A stretch of DNA of 64,000 nt from Salinispira sp. (GTDB lineage: Bacteria; Spirochaetota; Spirochaetia; DSM-27196; Salinispiraceae), in assembly GCA_965602015.1 (NCBI GenBank), contig OZ271918.1, positions 2,464,001 through 2,528,000 on the forward strand, in the 5' to 3' direction. Below the pieces are notes generated by a model. It saw only the letters and a list, made by a program, of their open reading frames with translations. It did no database searches and was not told where the DNA came from. This document shows, piece by piece, positions 48,470-58,846 of the stretch. The stretch's first letter is position 1. Each line of letters starts with the position of its first letter. The translations under genes and the position numbers were made by a program.

Positions 48470-51156
48470 CGCTTTAGGTCCTCGATGTATCCCCGCATTT
48501 TGCGGATTTTCCGGCTCATCTCTTCCCGCTTCTGGCGTTCCTTCTCAACTACTTCGGCGTCCGCCTTGCTGAGAAACTTTTCATTGCTGAGTTTGCGTTC
48601 GGTCTGCTCCAGGGCCTTGGACTCTTTCGCGATGTTTTTTTCCAACCGCTTGAGGGCCGCATCCACATCGATCATGTCGCGGATGTATACATATGCCTCA
48701 AATCCGCTTCCCACCACCGCCAGGGCGTCTGCACGCTCGAGGTTTTCCGGATTCCATTCAACGTTTTCCGCGGAGGTCAGGTCCCTTACCAGGGCGTCTT
48801 CGCCGGCGAAATACCTGCCGTGGGCAAATCCCTCTTCAAAAACCACGGCGAAACGGATTTTTGCCGTCGGGGGAATGGTGAACTCCGATCGGAGGGTGCG
48901 CACCGCCCGGATGAGCTCCTGAAGGCTCTCGAACGCCGCGGCTTCCTCCGGAAAGTTCCGCCAGGCCTCCTGCGCGGGGTATGCCTTGCCGAGTATGGGA
49001 TTGTCTTCTCTGGTTCCCGCCCCGGCCGGGGCCGGAAGTTTCTGGAAAATCTCCTCGGTGACATAGGGCAGGAAGGGATGCAGCAGGGCAAGGCCCTCTT
49101 CCAGAACAAACATCAGCAGGCTGATTGCCCGGTCTTTTTCCGCCTCGTCGTTCGAGTAGAGGCTTAACTTCGAGGCTTCGATGTACCAGTCGCAGAACTC
49201 GTTCCAGAAGAACTCGTACACTGCGCCAGTGGCGTCGCTGAATCGGTAGTTCGAGAGCCCATCGGAGGCTCTGGCCGCCGCGGCATTGAGCCGATGGAGT
49301 ATCCATTTATCGAGCACCGTCAGACCGCCGTGTTTTCCGTCGACGATTTCCCGGGCATTGTGCAGGGTCCTGCCGTCCAGATTCATCAGCAGGTAGCGGC
49401 TGGCATTCCAGATTTTATTGGCGAACCGGCTGCCGAGGGAAAAGGTCTCCTTGTCGAGCAGAATGTCCTGCCCCTGGGTTGCCAGGAAGGCAAGGGTAAA
49501 GCGCAGGGCGTCGGCACCAAACTCATCGACAATTTCCAACGGATCAATCCCGTTGCCAAGACTCTTGGACATCTTGCGGCCCTTTTTGTCCCGTACAAGT
49601 CCGGTCATGTAAATATCCCTGAACGGCACTTCACCCAGGAATTCCAGGCTTGCCATAATCATGCGGGCAACCCAGAAAAAGATGATGTCGTATCCCGTAA
49701 CCAGGCTGGTAGTGGGAAAGAACTCCGCCATGTCCCGGCTTTTTTCCGGCCAGCCGAGAATGGAAAACGGCCACAGCCAGCTGGAGAACCAGGTATCCAA
49801 CACGTCTTCATCCTGCCGGAAGCTCCGTCCGGCGTACTCTTCGCTTTCCGAGGGGTCGGTTCGGGAAATCACCATTTCGCCGGTTTCCGTGTCGTACCAG
49901 GCGGGAATCCGGTGGCCCCACCAGAGCTGACGGGAAATACACCAGTCCCTGATATTGGTGAGCCACGACTTGTAGGTATTCTCCCATTTTTTGGGGAAGA
50001 AGGTTATTTCGCCGTTTTCCCAGGCGGCAAGGGCCTTTTTGGCCAGGGGCTCCATGCGGACGAACCACTGGGTGCTCAAGTAGGGCTCAATTACCGTATC
50101 GGTTCGGTAGCAATGGCCCACCTGGTGCCGATGGGGCTCTTTTTCGACCAGCAGCTCCTGTGCTTCCAGATCGGCTACCACCGCCTTTCGGGCCTGGGCC
50201 ATGGTCATTCCCCGGTATTTCTCCGGAGCGTTGTCGTTCAGCATCCCGTCGGGATTCATGATATTGATTTCCGGGAGCTTGTGGCGCTTACCGACTTCAT
50301 AATCGTTAAAGTCGTGAGCCGGGGTAATTTTTACTACGCCTGTTCCGAATTCCGGGTCTACATAGCTGTCGGCGATAACCGGAATTTCCCGGCCCGTCAG
50401 CGGCAGAACCACGCTCTTTCCGATTACATCCCGGTAGCGCTCATCCTCAGGGTGAACCGCCACCGCCGAATCGCCGAGCATGGTTTCGGGCCGTGTTGTG
50501 GCAAGCTGCACATGGCCGCTGCCGTCCGCCAGGGGGTACTTGAGATGATAGAAAAACCCGTTTACTTCCTTGAACTCGACTTCGTCGTCGCTCAGGGCTG
50601 ACTGAACGCCGGTGCTCCAGTTGACCAGGTAGGTGCCCTTGTAGATGAGGCCCCGGTTGTACAGTTCGACGAACACATGCTGTACCGCGTCGCTCAATCC
50701 CTCGTCGAGGGTAAACCGTTCGCGGCTCCAGTCGCAGGAGGATCCGATCTTTTTTAACTGTTCGGTAATAATGGCGTGATGCTCTTCTTTGACCTTCCAG
50801 GTTTCGGCGAGGAAGGCCTCCCGGCCCATTTCGGTCCGCTCTTTTCCCTGGGAGCGCAGCTTCTTCTCTACGACGTTCTGAGTCGCTATGCCCGCATGGT
50901 CGGTACCGGGCACCCACAGTGTCGGTTCGCCGAGCATACGGTGGAATCGAATGAGAATATCCTGAAGGCTGTTGTTGAGACCGTGACCGAGGTGGAGAAC
51001 GCCGGTGACATTCGGAGGAGGGATGACGATGACAAAGGGCTTTTCCCCGTCTTTCGGCTGGCGGGGGGCAAACAGCCCGCTTTTCATCCAGAGATCATAA
51101 ATGCGCCCCTCAAACTCCCGGGGGTTGTACGCTTTCTCAAGTTCGATTGCCTTCAT
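48466..51156 (-). CDS. valS: Valine--tRNA ligase
   Basis: PPPNVTGVLHLGH, DHAGIATQ, TTRPET, DWCISRQLWWGHRIP, KMSKS, C-terminal coiled coil. Confidence 0.97.
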   Translation of the reverse strand: MKAIELEKAYNPREFEGRIYDLWMKSGLFAPRQPKDGEKPFVIVIPPPNVTGVLHLGHGLNNSLQDILIRFHRMLGEPTLWVPGTDHAGIATQNVVEKKLRSQGKERTEMGREAFLAETWKVKEEHHAIITEQLKKIGSSCDWSRERFTLDEGLSDAVQHVFVELYNRGLIYKGTYLVNWSTGVQSALSDDEVEFKEVNGFFYHLKYPLADGSGHVQLATTRPETMLGDSAVAVHPEDERYRDVIGKSVVLPLTGREIPVIADSYVDPEFGTGVVKITPAHDFNDYEVGKRHKLPEINIMNPDGMLNDNAPEKYRGMTMAQARKAVVADLEAQELLVEKEPHRHQVGHCYRTDTVIEPYLSTQWFVRMEPLAKKALAAWENGEITFFPKKWENTYKSWLTNIRDWCISRQLWWGHRIPAWYDTETGEMVISRTDPSESEEYAGRSFRQDEDVLDTWFSSWLWPFSILGWPEKSRDMAEFFPTTSLVTGYDIIFFWVARMIMASLEFLGEVPFRDIYMTGLVRDKKGRKMSKSLGNGIDPLEIVDEFGADALRFTLAFLATQGQDILLDKETFSLGSRFANKIWNASRYLLMNLDGRTLHNAREIVDGKHGGLTVLDKWILHRLNAAAARASDGLSNYRFSDATGAVYEFFWNEFCDWYIEASKLSLYSNDEAEKDRAISLLMFVLEEGLALLHPFLPYVTEEIFQKLPAPAGAGTREDNPILGKAYPAQEAWRNFPEEAAAFESLQELIRAVRTLRSEFTIPPTAKIRFAVVFEEGFAHGRYFAGEDALVRDLTSAENVEWNPENLERADALAVVGSGFEAYVYIRDMIDVDAALKRLEKNIAKESKALEQTERKLSNEKFLSKADAEVVEKERQKREEMSRKIRKMRGYIEDLKR

Positions 51157-51189
51157 CGTCCACTACTCCTGCGTCCTAAAGTGGATGCC

Positions 51190-51218
51190 ATAATAGCAGA
51201 ACAGGCACAGGCCTTCAA
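51190..51218 (-). promoter_or_regulatory. Putative sigma70 promoter of valS
   Basis: TTGAAG-17 nt-TATTAT with TGn extension. Confidence 0.55.
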
Positions 51219-52042
51219 TCAGGCTTTTTTCGTCCGGGCCGCCGGAAGACCTTGCTGATCAGATTCGCCGCCGGGCGCTTGTCCCTGGCTGCGGCCTCAA
51301 GGCTGCCCTCAAGCCTGCGCTGGGCCTTTATCTGGTCCAGGTGGTCGTTGTCCCCCGCATCGCCGATCTTTCGCTGCATGAGAGCCTGGAGAACGCTCTC
51401 CCTGCCGTACACGATAATCTCATCCCCAGGAAGAACCGCCGTCTCTCCCCGGGGCACCGCCGCATAGTATCCGTCGGCCCGCTGGATGCCGAGCACAAGC
51501 AGCCCTTCTTCATTCAGCCTCAGTTGCCCCAGGGAGCGCTCGGCAAGCCAGGAATCGCCGGCAACCGGGAATTTCACTACCTCGTAGTCCTTTCCCAGAA
51601 ACAGCAGGCTGTCGTAGTCATGGGCGTATACCCTGGTAAAACGTTTGAGAAAGCCCTGTACCAGTTTTGAGAGTATCCAGTCGATAAGCCCGGTCCTGCT
51701 GAGCAGCCACATAAACAGAACGGAACCGCCGAGAATTGCCAGCCTGATGACAATATCCCGCTGATCGGTGAACGAGGTAAAGGTGAGAATGAGGGTGGCC
51801 GCGAAGGAAACAAACCCGATGTTTCCCATAAACATCAGATTCATGATTATCCTCCGACGGACCGGATGCCGCACGATGGACTCGGATTCGCCGGTGGTGA
51901 ATCCCGTACCGGTGTACGCACTCCGCGCCTGGAAGCGGGCCATGTCTTCCGACATACCCGTGTGCTTGAGCATGATTGAGGCGATCTTCACGATGCTGAC
52001 CGAAAACACGAGAATGATTAGAAAGGAGATAACTGCTGCCAT
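51215..52042 (-). CDS. TrkA-C (RCK_C) domain membrane protein
   Basis: TG.S...ARFQA.SA.TGTGFTT.ESE.IV.HPVRR.I; C-terminal L..EG.LVLGIQR..G...PRG.T..LPGD.IIVYG. Confidence 0.85.
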   Translation of the reverse strand: MAAVISFLIILVFSVSIVKIASIMLKHTGMSEDMARFQARSAYTGTGFTTGESESIVRHPVRRRIIMNLMFMGNIGFVSFAATLILTFTSFTDQRDIVIRLAILGGSVLFMWLLSRTGLIDWILSKLVQGFLKRFTRVYAHDYDSLLFLGKDYEVVKFPVAGDSWLAERSLGQLRLNEEGLLVLGIQRADGYYAAVPRGETAVLPGDEIIVYGRESVLQALMQRKIGDAGDNDHLDQIKAQRRLEGSLEAAARDKRPAANLISKVFRRPGRKKPD

Positions 52043-52066
52043 ATGTATTCCTGCGGAGGACGCTGT

Positions 52067-53296
52067 TTACCGGCCGCTCTTCTCCCGCTTTCGGGAAATC
52101 CGCTGCATCTTGCGGTAGTACTCGGCCTGTTTTTTTATCTCGTCGAGGTCGGCGCAGTAGATTTTCCCTTCCATCGCCTTGAACCGCTTGTTGGACAACA
52201 GCTCGCTTACCGCCTTGTTGCCCTCTACCTGATTGAGGCCCACCATGTGGATGAGTTCCTTTGTGCCGAATTCAAAAGAGTAGGCCTCGCCGGTGCGCAC
52301 CGGTATCCGATTCTTCTCGAGCTGAATAAGAAGAAAGTCATAGAGCTTGCCGATGGGGTTGTCCAGAAGGGTGTTCGCCAGTTGCTTGTAAATGAACCAG
52401 ATCCGTTCAGACATCAGTGTAGTGATTTTTGAGATGATCTGGGGCTGGGACTTGACCATGGTCTTGAAGTTCTCCCGATTCACTACCAGGAGAACCGCCT
52501 CTTCATGGGCGATGGCCGACGCAGACCGGGGCTTGTCTTCCAGCAGGCTCATTTCCCCGAAGATATCCCCGGGCTTGAGCATGGCCAGGAGGACCTCGTT
52601 TTGATTCATGATTTTGGTGATTTTCACCTGGCCTTTCTGGATGATATACAGCTGCTGACCCGGCATATTCTCGGTAAAGATCATGGTGTCCTTGGGATAC
52701 AGCCGGGTGAATTCCGGGGTGTCCTCATCGAGATAGACCGCCTTCTGGTACGGCTTAACTTTTGCCATCCGCTGACGTGCTGTCTGTTCCTGACTGCCCC
52801 GGGGATAGAATTTAAGATACTGGTGGTAGGCGAAATACGCCTGGTTGTACTGATTCAGCTTGACGTAGTACTCGGCGACGTGGAAGAGGTGGTCCTTGCC
52901 GGCCTCGCCGTCGAGGCTCTGCTGGGTGAGCCGGGTGAGGGCTTCATCGAGATAGCGCATCCTCCGGGAGAATGACTCGATAATCTTCATGGCAACCGGC
53001 GTGTTTTTTTCAATGAGGAGACCGTAGTTGTCCCGGCTGACGGAAATAAGGTTGACATCGCTTATTGCCTGGGCAGTTTCAATGTGACTGTGGCCGCTCA
53101 TGGTGGATACGACGCCGAAGAAGTCCCCGGGTCCCAGGATATTTCCCCCTTCTTCGGCGACGACCTCGACTTCCTTGCTCAGGCGGACTTTACCGGAACG
53201 GATAATAAAGAACTGATTGGCGTTCTGCTTTCCTTCCACAATGATATACGCACCCTGCTTGAAGGAGACCATTGCTAATTGAAGTGGGTTGCTCAT
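52067..53296 (-). CDS. Dual cNMP-binding domain protein with TPR and CRP-like C-terminus
   Basis: Two cNMP domains (IRSGKV...PGDFFG; IQKGQV...PGDIFGEMSLL..PRSASA) with a central TPR-like segment. Start at ATG 53296 or TTG 53308. Confidence 0.85.
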   Translation of the reverse strand: MSNPLQLAMVSFKQGAYIIVEGKQNANQFFIIRSGKVRLSKEVEVVAEEGGNILGPGDFFGVVSTMSGHSHIETAQAISDVNLISVSRDNYGLLIEKNTPVAMKIIESFSRRMRYLDEALTRLTQQSLDGEAGKDHLFHVAEYYVKLNQYNQAYFAYHQYLKFYPRGSQEQTARQRMAKVKPYQKAVYLDEDTPEFTRLYPKDTMIFTENMPGQQLYIIQKGQVKITKIMNQNEVLLAMLKPGDIFGEMSLLEDKPRSASAIAHEEAVLLVVNRENFKTMVKSQPQIISKITTLMSERIWFIYKQLANTLLDNPIGKLYDFLLIQLEKNRIPVRTGEAYSFEFGTKELIHMVGLNQVEGNKAVSELLSNKRFKAMEGKIYCADLDEIKKQAEYYRKMQRISRKREKSGR

Positions 53297-53376
53297 ATTC
53301 CGTCCCAAGCCATTGCCCGCGATGGGGCGACATTGATGTTCCCGGCCCGGAATTAAAAATCAGGACCGCTATTATC

Positions 53377-53406
53377 AGTATAGGGGATGAGAAAAGTCTA
53401 AGTCAA
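53377..53406 (-). promoter_or_regulatory. Putative sigma70 promoter of the cNMP-binding gene
   Basis: TTGACT-18 nt-TATACT on the minus strand. Confidence 0.6.
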
Positions 53407-53534
53407 TCTGCCCCTGGCGCGGCAATCCGCGAGGAAGGGACGCTATTGACCGGACAAAATCCCGTATACCGCCTATAATCGGCAGAAGTGAAAAACTCTG
53501 AAATTCAATTATACCCCGAGAACCAGGAGGATGC

Positions 53535-54569
53535 ATGAAAATCCGCTGCGGCATAATCGGCTACGGCATGTCCGCCAAAACCTTCCACATTCCATTTATT
53601 GAAGCCCTCGAAGATTTCGAGCTCGCCGCCGTGTCCACCAGCCGGCGCGAGGAGCTGTCCGCCAATCACCCCGGTACGCGGCATCATGTTGACGCCGACG
53701 CCCTGCTATCGGACAGCGATCTGGATCTGGTAATCATCACCAGCCCGAATACCACCCATTTCGGCTATGCGAAACAGGCCCTGACACAGGGACTTCATGT
53801 GGTGGTTGAAAAACCTTTCACGGTTACCTACGGGGAAGCCGAACAGCTGGTCAAAGTAGCCGCTCAATCGGACAAAATCCTCACGGTTTATCACAATCGC
53901 CGCTGGGATGGGGACTTCCTCACCCTGAGCGAACTTCTGGAATCAGGCAAGCTCGGAAACCTGTCGCACTTCGAAACTCATTTCGACCGATTCAGACCGG
54001 CCGTCCGGGACCGATGGCGCGAACGGGCCGAGCCCGGAGCCGGCCTGTTGTACGATTTGGGTTCCCACATGCTCGACCAGTGCGTCTTTCTGTTCGGCAC
54101 TCCCGACTGGATACAGGCGGACATTGCCCGTCAGCGGCCCGGCGCGCAAATCGACGATTACGTGCACATGGTGCTCGCCTACGGCAGGATGCGGGCGGAG
54201 GTTCATATATCAAGCGTTGTCAACTCGCCCTCGCCCCGCTTCGCCATCCACGGCGACGGAGGAAGCTTTGTAAAGTACGGACTCGACCCCCAGGAGAATC
54301 AGCTCAAGGCCGGACTTGCCGTCGACCATCCGGATTTCGGAAAGGAAGATGAGGACGCTTCGGGCAGCTGGCATCCTGCACCCGAAGGCAGCCCGGTTCA
54401 GATCATCCCCAGCGTCCCCGGACGATATAAAGACTTCTATACCATCCTCGCCCGGGCCGTCAGGGGTAACGAGGCCCCGCCGGTGTTGCCCGAAGACGCC
54501 GCCATGGTGATCAGGCTCATTGAAATGGCACAAAAAAGCGCCGACACAGGCCGGCGCATCAATATCTAG
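53535..54569 (+). CDS. Gfo/Idh/MocA-family oxidoreductase (YdgJ/IolW-like)
   Basis: GIIGYG, VVVEKPF, YHNRRWDGDF, G.LYDLGSH.LDQ, K.GLDPQE. Confidence 0.92.
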   Translation: MKIRCGIIGYGMSAKTFHIPFIEALEDFELAAVSTSRREELSANHPGTRHHVDADALLSDSDLDLVIITSPNTTHFGYAKQALTQGLHVVVEKPFTVTYGEAEQLVKVAAQSDKILTVYHNRRWDGDFLTLSELLESGKLGNLSHFETHFDRFRPAVRDRWRERAEPGAGLLYDLGSHMLDQCVFLFGTPDWIQADIARQRPGAQIDDYVHMVLAYGRMRAEVHISSVVNSPSPRFAIHGDGGSFVKYGLDPQENQLKAGLAVDHPDFGKEDEDASGSWHPAPEGSPVQIIPSVPGRYKDFYTILARAVRGNEAPPVLPEDAAMVIRLIEMAQKSADTGRRINI

Positions 54570-54659
54570 CTTAATGGTGATATGCTGGCCGCCGGCGATT
54601 GCCGGCGCATCAATATCTAGCTTAATGGTGATAGGCTGGCCGCCGGCGGTCGCCGGCGC
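54550..54659 (+). repeat. 51-bp tandem repeat (2 copies plus 8-nt partial)
   Basis: 54550-54600 vs 54601-54651, 3 mismatches; includes the oxidoreductase stop codon. Confidence 0.9.
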
Positions 54660-54665
54660 CGGTTT

Positions 54666-55958
54666 TTATGCCCGTCTGGGGAACCGGGAGGTGAACTGGG
54701 CGACGGCCTTTGCTGTCTTTTCAATAACCGCCTGGTCTCCCCGGCTCTTGAGCACATCGACGATAAATGAGCCGACTGTGCGTATGTCGTCCTCTTTCAT
54801 ACCGCGGCTGGTGGCAGCCGGCGTACCGATGCGGATGCCGCTGGTCACCAAGGGGCTGCGCTTGTCGAAGGGTATGCCGTTCTTGTTTACAGTGATGTTC
54901 GCCGCGTCGAGCATCTTCTCGGCGTCCTTTCCGCTGATATCGAGATCGCTCAGATCCAGAAGCATCAGGTGATTGTCGGTTCCCCCGGATACGATGCGGA
55001 TTCCATTATCGGAGAAGTGGGCCGCAAGAGCCTTTGCGTTGGCGATGATCTGCTTCTGATATCCGGTAAACGCCGGGTCAAGGGCTTCTTTGAAAGCCAC
55101 AGCTTTGGCCGCAATGACATGCATCAAGGGCCCGCCCTGTATTCCCGGCATGACCGCGGAATCGAGCAGCTCGCTCCACATCCTGGTGCGGCCGCTCTTG
55201 GGGGCCACCTTGCCGATGGTATTCTCCCCGTCCTTTCCGATGAGTACCAGCCCTCCACGGGGGCCCCGCAGAGTCTTGTGAGTAGTGGTGGTGGTAAAGT
55301 GGGCATGGGGGATCGGGCTGGGGTGGAGCTGCGCCGCAACAAGGCCCGCGATGTGGGCCATATCAGTGAGAAACAGAGCGCCTACTTCATCGGCAATTTC
55401 CCGGAATTTCTGGAAATCGATAATCCTCGGATAAGCCGAGGCGCCCGCCACTATCATCTTCGGCTTGCATTCGTGGGCGAGTTTCTGAATTTCTGCATAA
55501 TCCAGACGCTCATCATCCGGAGATACCCCGTAACTCACAATATTGTAGAGCTGGCCGGAAAAATTGACCTTTGCTCCGTGGGTCAAATGACCGCCATGAG
55601 CCAGATCCATTCCAAGTATGGTGTCTCCGGGCTGTAAGGCAGCCTGATACACCGCCATATTGGCCGAACTGCCGGAATGGGGCTGAACATTGGCATAATC
55701 CGCTCCATACAGGGCTTTTGCCCGGTCTCGTGCAAGATCTTCCGCCATGTCGACGTATTCACAGCCTCCGTAATAGCGTTTACCCGGATACCCCTCGGCG
55801 TATTTGTCGGTGAGGACTGTGCCGGCGGCTTCCAGCACCGCTTCCGAGGTGAAATTTTCACTGGCGATCAACTCGATCTTTTCCAGCTGCCGTCGGGTTT
55901 CCTTTTGGATGATTTCATAAAGTTCGGGATCGAAATTCTGTATTTCATGCAGGGACAT
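54666..55958 (-). CDS. glyA: Serine hydroxymethyltransferase
   Basis: [53 protein letters not shown]. Confidence 0.97.
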   Translation of the reverse strand: MSLHEIQNFDPELYEIIQKETRRQLEKIELIASENFTSEAVLEAAGTVLTDKYAEGYPGKRYYGGCEYVDMAEDLARDRAKALYGADYANVQPHSGSSANMAVYQAALQPGDTILGMDLAHGGHLTHGAKVNFSGQLYNIVSYGVSPDDERLDYAEIQKLAHECKPKMIVAGASAYPRIIDFQKFREIADEVGALFLTDMAHIAGLVAAQLHPSPIPHAHFTTTTTHKTLRGPRGGLVLIGKDGENTIGKVAPKSGRTRMWSELLDSAVMPGIQGGPLMHVIAAKAVAFKEALDPAFTGYQKQIIANAKALAAHFSDNGIRIVSGGTDNHLMLLDLSDLDISGKDAEKMLDAANITVNKNGIPFDKRSPLVTSGIRIGTPAATSRGMKEDDIRTVGSFIVDVLKSRGDQAVIEKTAKAVAQFTSRFPRRA

Positions 55959-55990
55959 TGGAGGCCTCCGTAGTACAAAGGGTTTTGACG

Positions 55991-56019
55991 AGCATAGCCA
56001 GATTACCTGCTGCCGTCAA
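55991..56019 (-). promoter_or_regulatory. Putative sigma70 promoter of glyA
   Basis: TTGACG-17 nt-TATGCT on the minus strand. Confidence 0.6.
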
Positions 56020-57545
56020 TTACCGCCGGCCGGGCGGCGGGGCAGCAGGCGAATTTCAAAGGGAATTTCGCCTCCCCTGCCGTCGGTAAGCCGCGGGAAC
56101 TCGTTGCCCTCCGGCAGGTACACATAGGGATAGAGACTCACACCGAAATCCACTTTTTGTTCTATGCTTTCCCGGTACACCGGAATCCATCCCCAGCGGG
56201 GAATAAAGAATTCCGCCCATGAGGTTGCAGAAAAACGGCGCTCCGACTCCATTGCGAATCCCCGGCGTTCCCGGGCGGCGATGCCCAGGCGGCGCAGCTC
56301 GTCGACAAATGCGGGAATCTGACGGGACGGGCTGATTTCGCTGTCAATAAACCAGTAGTACATAGATCGTGCCAGGGGGAGAGCTCCTCTGACACCAATA
56401 AACTCCGAGCGCAAGAGGTCCCGTTGCTCCGGGCTGAGCAGGAAGTCATCCGCCGGCTCGAGATATTCTTCATAAAATGGAAACAGCGGTGCGGCGCCGT
56501 CGTAGTTATCCCGGGCTTCGCCGAGAGCCAGGCTGAGATCCTCAGGGAGGCGGGGCTCGCCGTACTGATGAATAAATACCGAGCCGGCGCTTCTTCGGCT
56601 TTCGGGATCATTGGGAAAAAACCTCAATACCCTGACTCCCGAAAGACTCCGCTCAGCCGCGGGAAGAACGCTTACCAGCCCCGCGAGCTGACTGTGTACT
56701 TCCAGCGCTGCATTCTCGAGTTCAGCCCGGGGAATAAAAAGTCTGAGCTCCTGCGGGGCATTTGGGCCCATGGCAGAGCGGGATCCGATGCTTATCCTCC
56801 AGCTGAACAATGGTTCGTTTCCCGCAGGGAGATCCGCAGAGATTATTTCGCTGCTGGTTCTCCTGGCGCTTCGGAACATCTCGATGCGCTTATTCTCGTT
56901 TTCCGCCTCAGCAATGCCAAGCCGACTTTCAAAGTCTTCCAGAAGGTCATCGACATCCGCCGGCACATCATAGCTGCCGGTCAGGCTGATCACCGGGTAA
57001 TAAACCAGCACATGGTCCTCGCTGCGAATAAGCCAGGATTCCGGCAGCGGCTCGCCGTCAAGAAAAAACCCGAGATCCCGAATTTCCCGGGAAGAATAGC
57101 CTTCAAAATCCACCCGCCACAGAGAATCATCGCTCGAGGGAACCGGGCTGATATCGTAGCGCTTGGTGTTTTGCGACGCGATGCGACGGGGAATGGTGTC
57201 GGTGTTTGTCAGCAGCATTGGATTGCTTTCGCCTTGGGGAAGTATGACCCTCAGATCGCCGGAGCGCATTCCCTCCGGCATGCGAAAACTGATGCGGTCC
57301 GGTTCCCACTCCAGGATGTACGAGGCGGTAATCCTCTGATCGCCCACCAGTAGCGAATTACGGGGAGATATGCTCCCGAGTCCCCTTCCGTCAACAACGA
57401 TGACATCCCCTGCCCTGGCCGACCGGGGGGTGAGGGCCAGAATTCTCGGGGGCTGCAGGAAAAAATACAGGGTAGCGGCAAAGGCGGCAACAAGCAGCAG
57501 CAGTAAAATGATAATAATTATTCTGCGGGAAGGTTTTGCATTCAT
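56016..57545 (-). CDS. Membrane-anchored IPT/TIG-domain protein with transglutaminase-like C-terminus
   Basis: N-terminal TM, P.I.ALTP.SA..GD.I.V.G.GLG...W....I.F.MP (IPT/TIG); LRRLGI.AR...GF...WAEFFIP.WGWIPV. Confidence 0.7.
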   Translation of the reverse strand: MNAKPSRRIIIIILLLLLVAAFAATLYFFLQPPRILALTPRSARAGDVIVVDGRGLGSISPRNSLLVGDQRITASYILEWEPDRISFRMPEGMRSGDLRVILPQGESNPMLLTNTDTIPRRIASQNTKRYDISPVPSSDDSLWRVDFEGYSSREIRDLGFFLDGEPLPESWLIRSEDHVLVYYPVISLTGSYDVPADVDDLLEDFESRLGIAEAENENKRIEMFRSARRTSSEIISADLPAGNEPLFSWRISIGSRSAMGPNAPQELRLFIPRAELENAALEVHSQLAGLVSVLPAAERSLSGVRVLRFFPNDPESRRSAGSVFIHQYGEPRLPEDLSLALGEARDNYDGAAPLFPFYEEYLEPADDFLLSPEQRDLLRSEFIGVRGALPLARSMYYWFIDSEISPSRQIPAFVDELRRLGIAARERRGFAMESERRFSATSWAEFFIPRWGWIPVYRESIEQKVDFGVSLYPYVYLPEGNEFPRLTDGRGGEIPFEIRLLPRRPAGGN

Positions 57546-57578
57546 GGTTGTGAGGCCGTATTATCCACCGTCTGGGGC

Positions 57579-58151
57579 TTACTGTCCACCGGCTTGGGGA
57601 TTTTCGCTCACGGCATAATTGGAAACCGTAATCTCCAGCTCGAGGTTAACGGTGTTGCCGTTTCCCGGATCTACTCCCAGGGGGTAGAAAACCACCGGCT
57701 CGCCGGAGTTCACCGGAATGCTTTTGAGGCTTGTCTGGTAGCGGACCTTGTTGTCTTCGTCGTTGGTGATCCAGGTTTGGCCCTGGGCTACCAGCATGAT
57801 GGTCTGCTCTTCCTGACGGTAGGGGGTGAACTCAACCTCGACCACCACATTCTGACCGTTGAGCCGCACATCGACACCCCTGCCGGGGACCGTCAGCTCA
57901 TCAAGTTCCATGTTCCAGAGTATCGACTCATCGGAACCGATAACCCTCGCGGAGATAAACACCCGCAGAACATCGTTTTGCAGTTCCTGGAGGATGGCCG
58001 ACGGGTCTTCGGGGGCAGCAGCCTGATTCGCGGCCGATGCGGCGTTACCTCTGGCTCCTGCCTCCTGGGCCGCAACCGGAAGCATGGCCAGCCATCCGAG
58101 ACTGAGGGCAAAGGCCAGGGTCCGCATTGATGCACCCGCCCCGGGAATCAT
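57579..58151 (-). CDS. Exported hypothetical protein in the ECF sigma operon
   Basis: Signal peptide, beta-rich body, ATGA coupling to the upstream gene. Confidence 0.65.
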   Translation of the reverse strand: MIPGAGASMRTLAFALSLGWLAMLPVAAQEAGARGNAASAANQAAAPEDPSAILQELQNDVLRVFISARVIGSDESILWNMELDELTVPGRGVDVRLNGQNVVVEVEFTPYRQEEQTIMLVAQGQTWITNDEDNKVRYQTSLKSIPVNSGEPVVFYPLGVDPGNGNTVNLELEITVSNYAVSENPQAGGQ

Positions 58152-58846
58152 TGAGCACCCCTGGGCTGAACCCTTCGCAGCTGGGAATCCCCCAACATCT
58201 GGAAATTGCTGTCGCTGGGTATCTGAATGGTTATATCGTTAATGCCGGTGTTGCGGTTCCGGGCCTCTTCAAGAAGGCGCAGGAGTTGTTCTACATCCTG
58301 AACGTTGATTTGAAGATTGATTCCGCCGTCTTCCGCCGCATTGGGGTTTGGCGCGGGGGCCGCCTCATTGTTCACCGACAGGAGTCCCATGAAATTCGGA
58401 TCTATGTCCGAGAACTCCGAATGATTGACCACATTCATTCCCGTCGGTGCCTGAGCCAGGCTCTGTTCTGACGGGCGAATGCCGGGAACAAAATTAAGCA
58501 CTGCCAGGGCGACAAGCACAACCATGGCCGCGGCAGCGGCGGGCAGAGGTACCCGAAGCCATTGGCCGGAAGTAAAATCGAGTAAATTTTTGAGCCCTGG
58601 CCTTCGGGCTGACTGGGCTGCGGCCAAGCTGCGGTCCAGTCTCTGCTTGAGCCTCTTTTCCGCCTGGCCATAGCGCTCATTCATGGCTTGGTCGGCCTGA
58701 GCCATTATGCTTTTTACCGAACGGTAGCGCTCAAGGAGCCTGGACGCTTCGGGGTCGGCGCTTACCTGCTGATTCACCGTATTCTGATACGCTTCGGGAA
58801 CCTCGCCGTCGAGAATTTCCATGATAAATTCGTCATTCCGGGACAT
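58148..58846 (-). CDS. Putative anti-sigma factor
   Basis: N-terminal ..LDGE.. anti-sigma-like motif, single TM helix, directly after the ECF sigma gene. Confidence 0.7.
   Translation of the reverse strand: MSRNDEFIMEILDGEVPEAYQNTVNQQVSADPEASRLLERYRSVKSIMAQADQAMNERYGQAEKRLKQRLDRSLAAAQSARRPGLKNLLDFTSGQWLRVPLPAAAAAMVVLVALAVLNFVPGIRPSEQSLAQAPTGMNVVNHSEFSDIDPNFMGLLSVNNEAAPAPNPNAAEDGGINLQINVQDVEQLLRLLEEARNRNTGINDITIQIPSDSNFQMLGDSQLRRVQPRGAQ

Noticed and set aside
54550..54659. Tandem repeat as a second CRISPR array
   Set aside because: Units are contiguous with no unique spacers.
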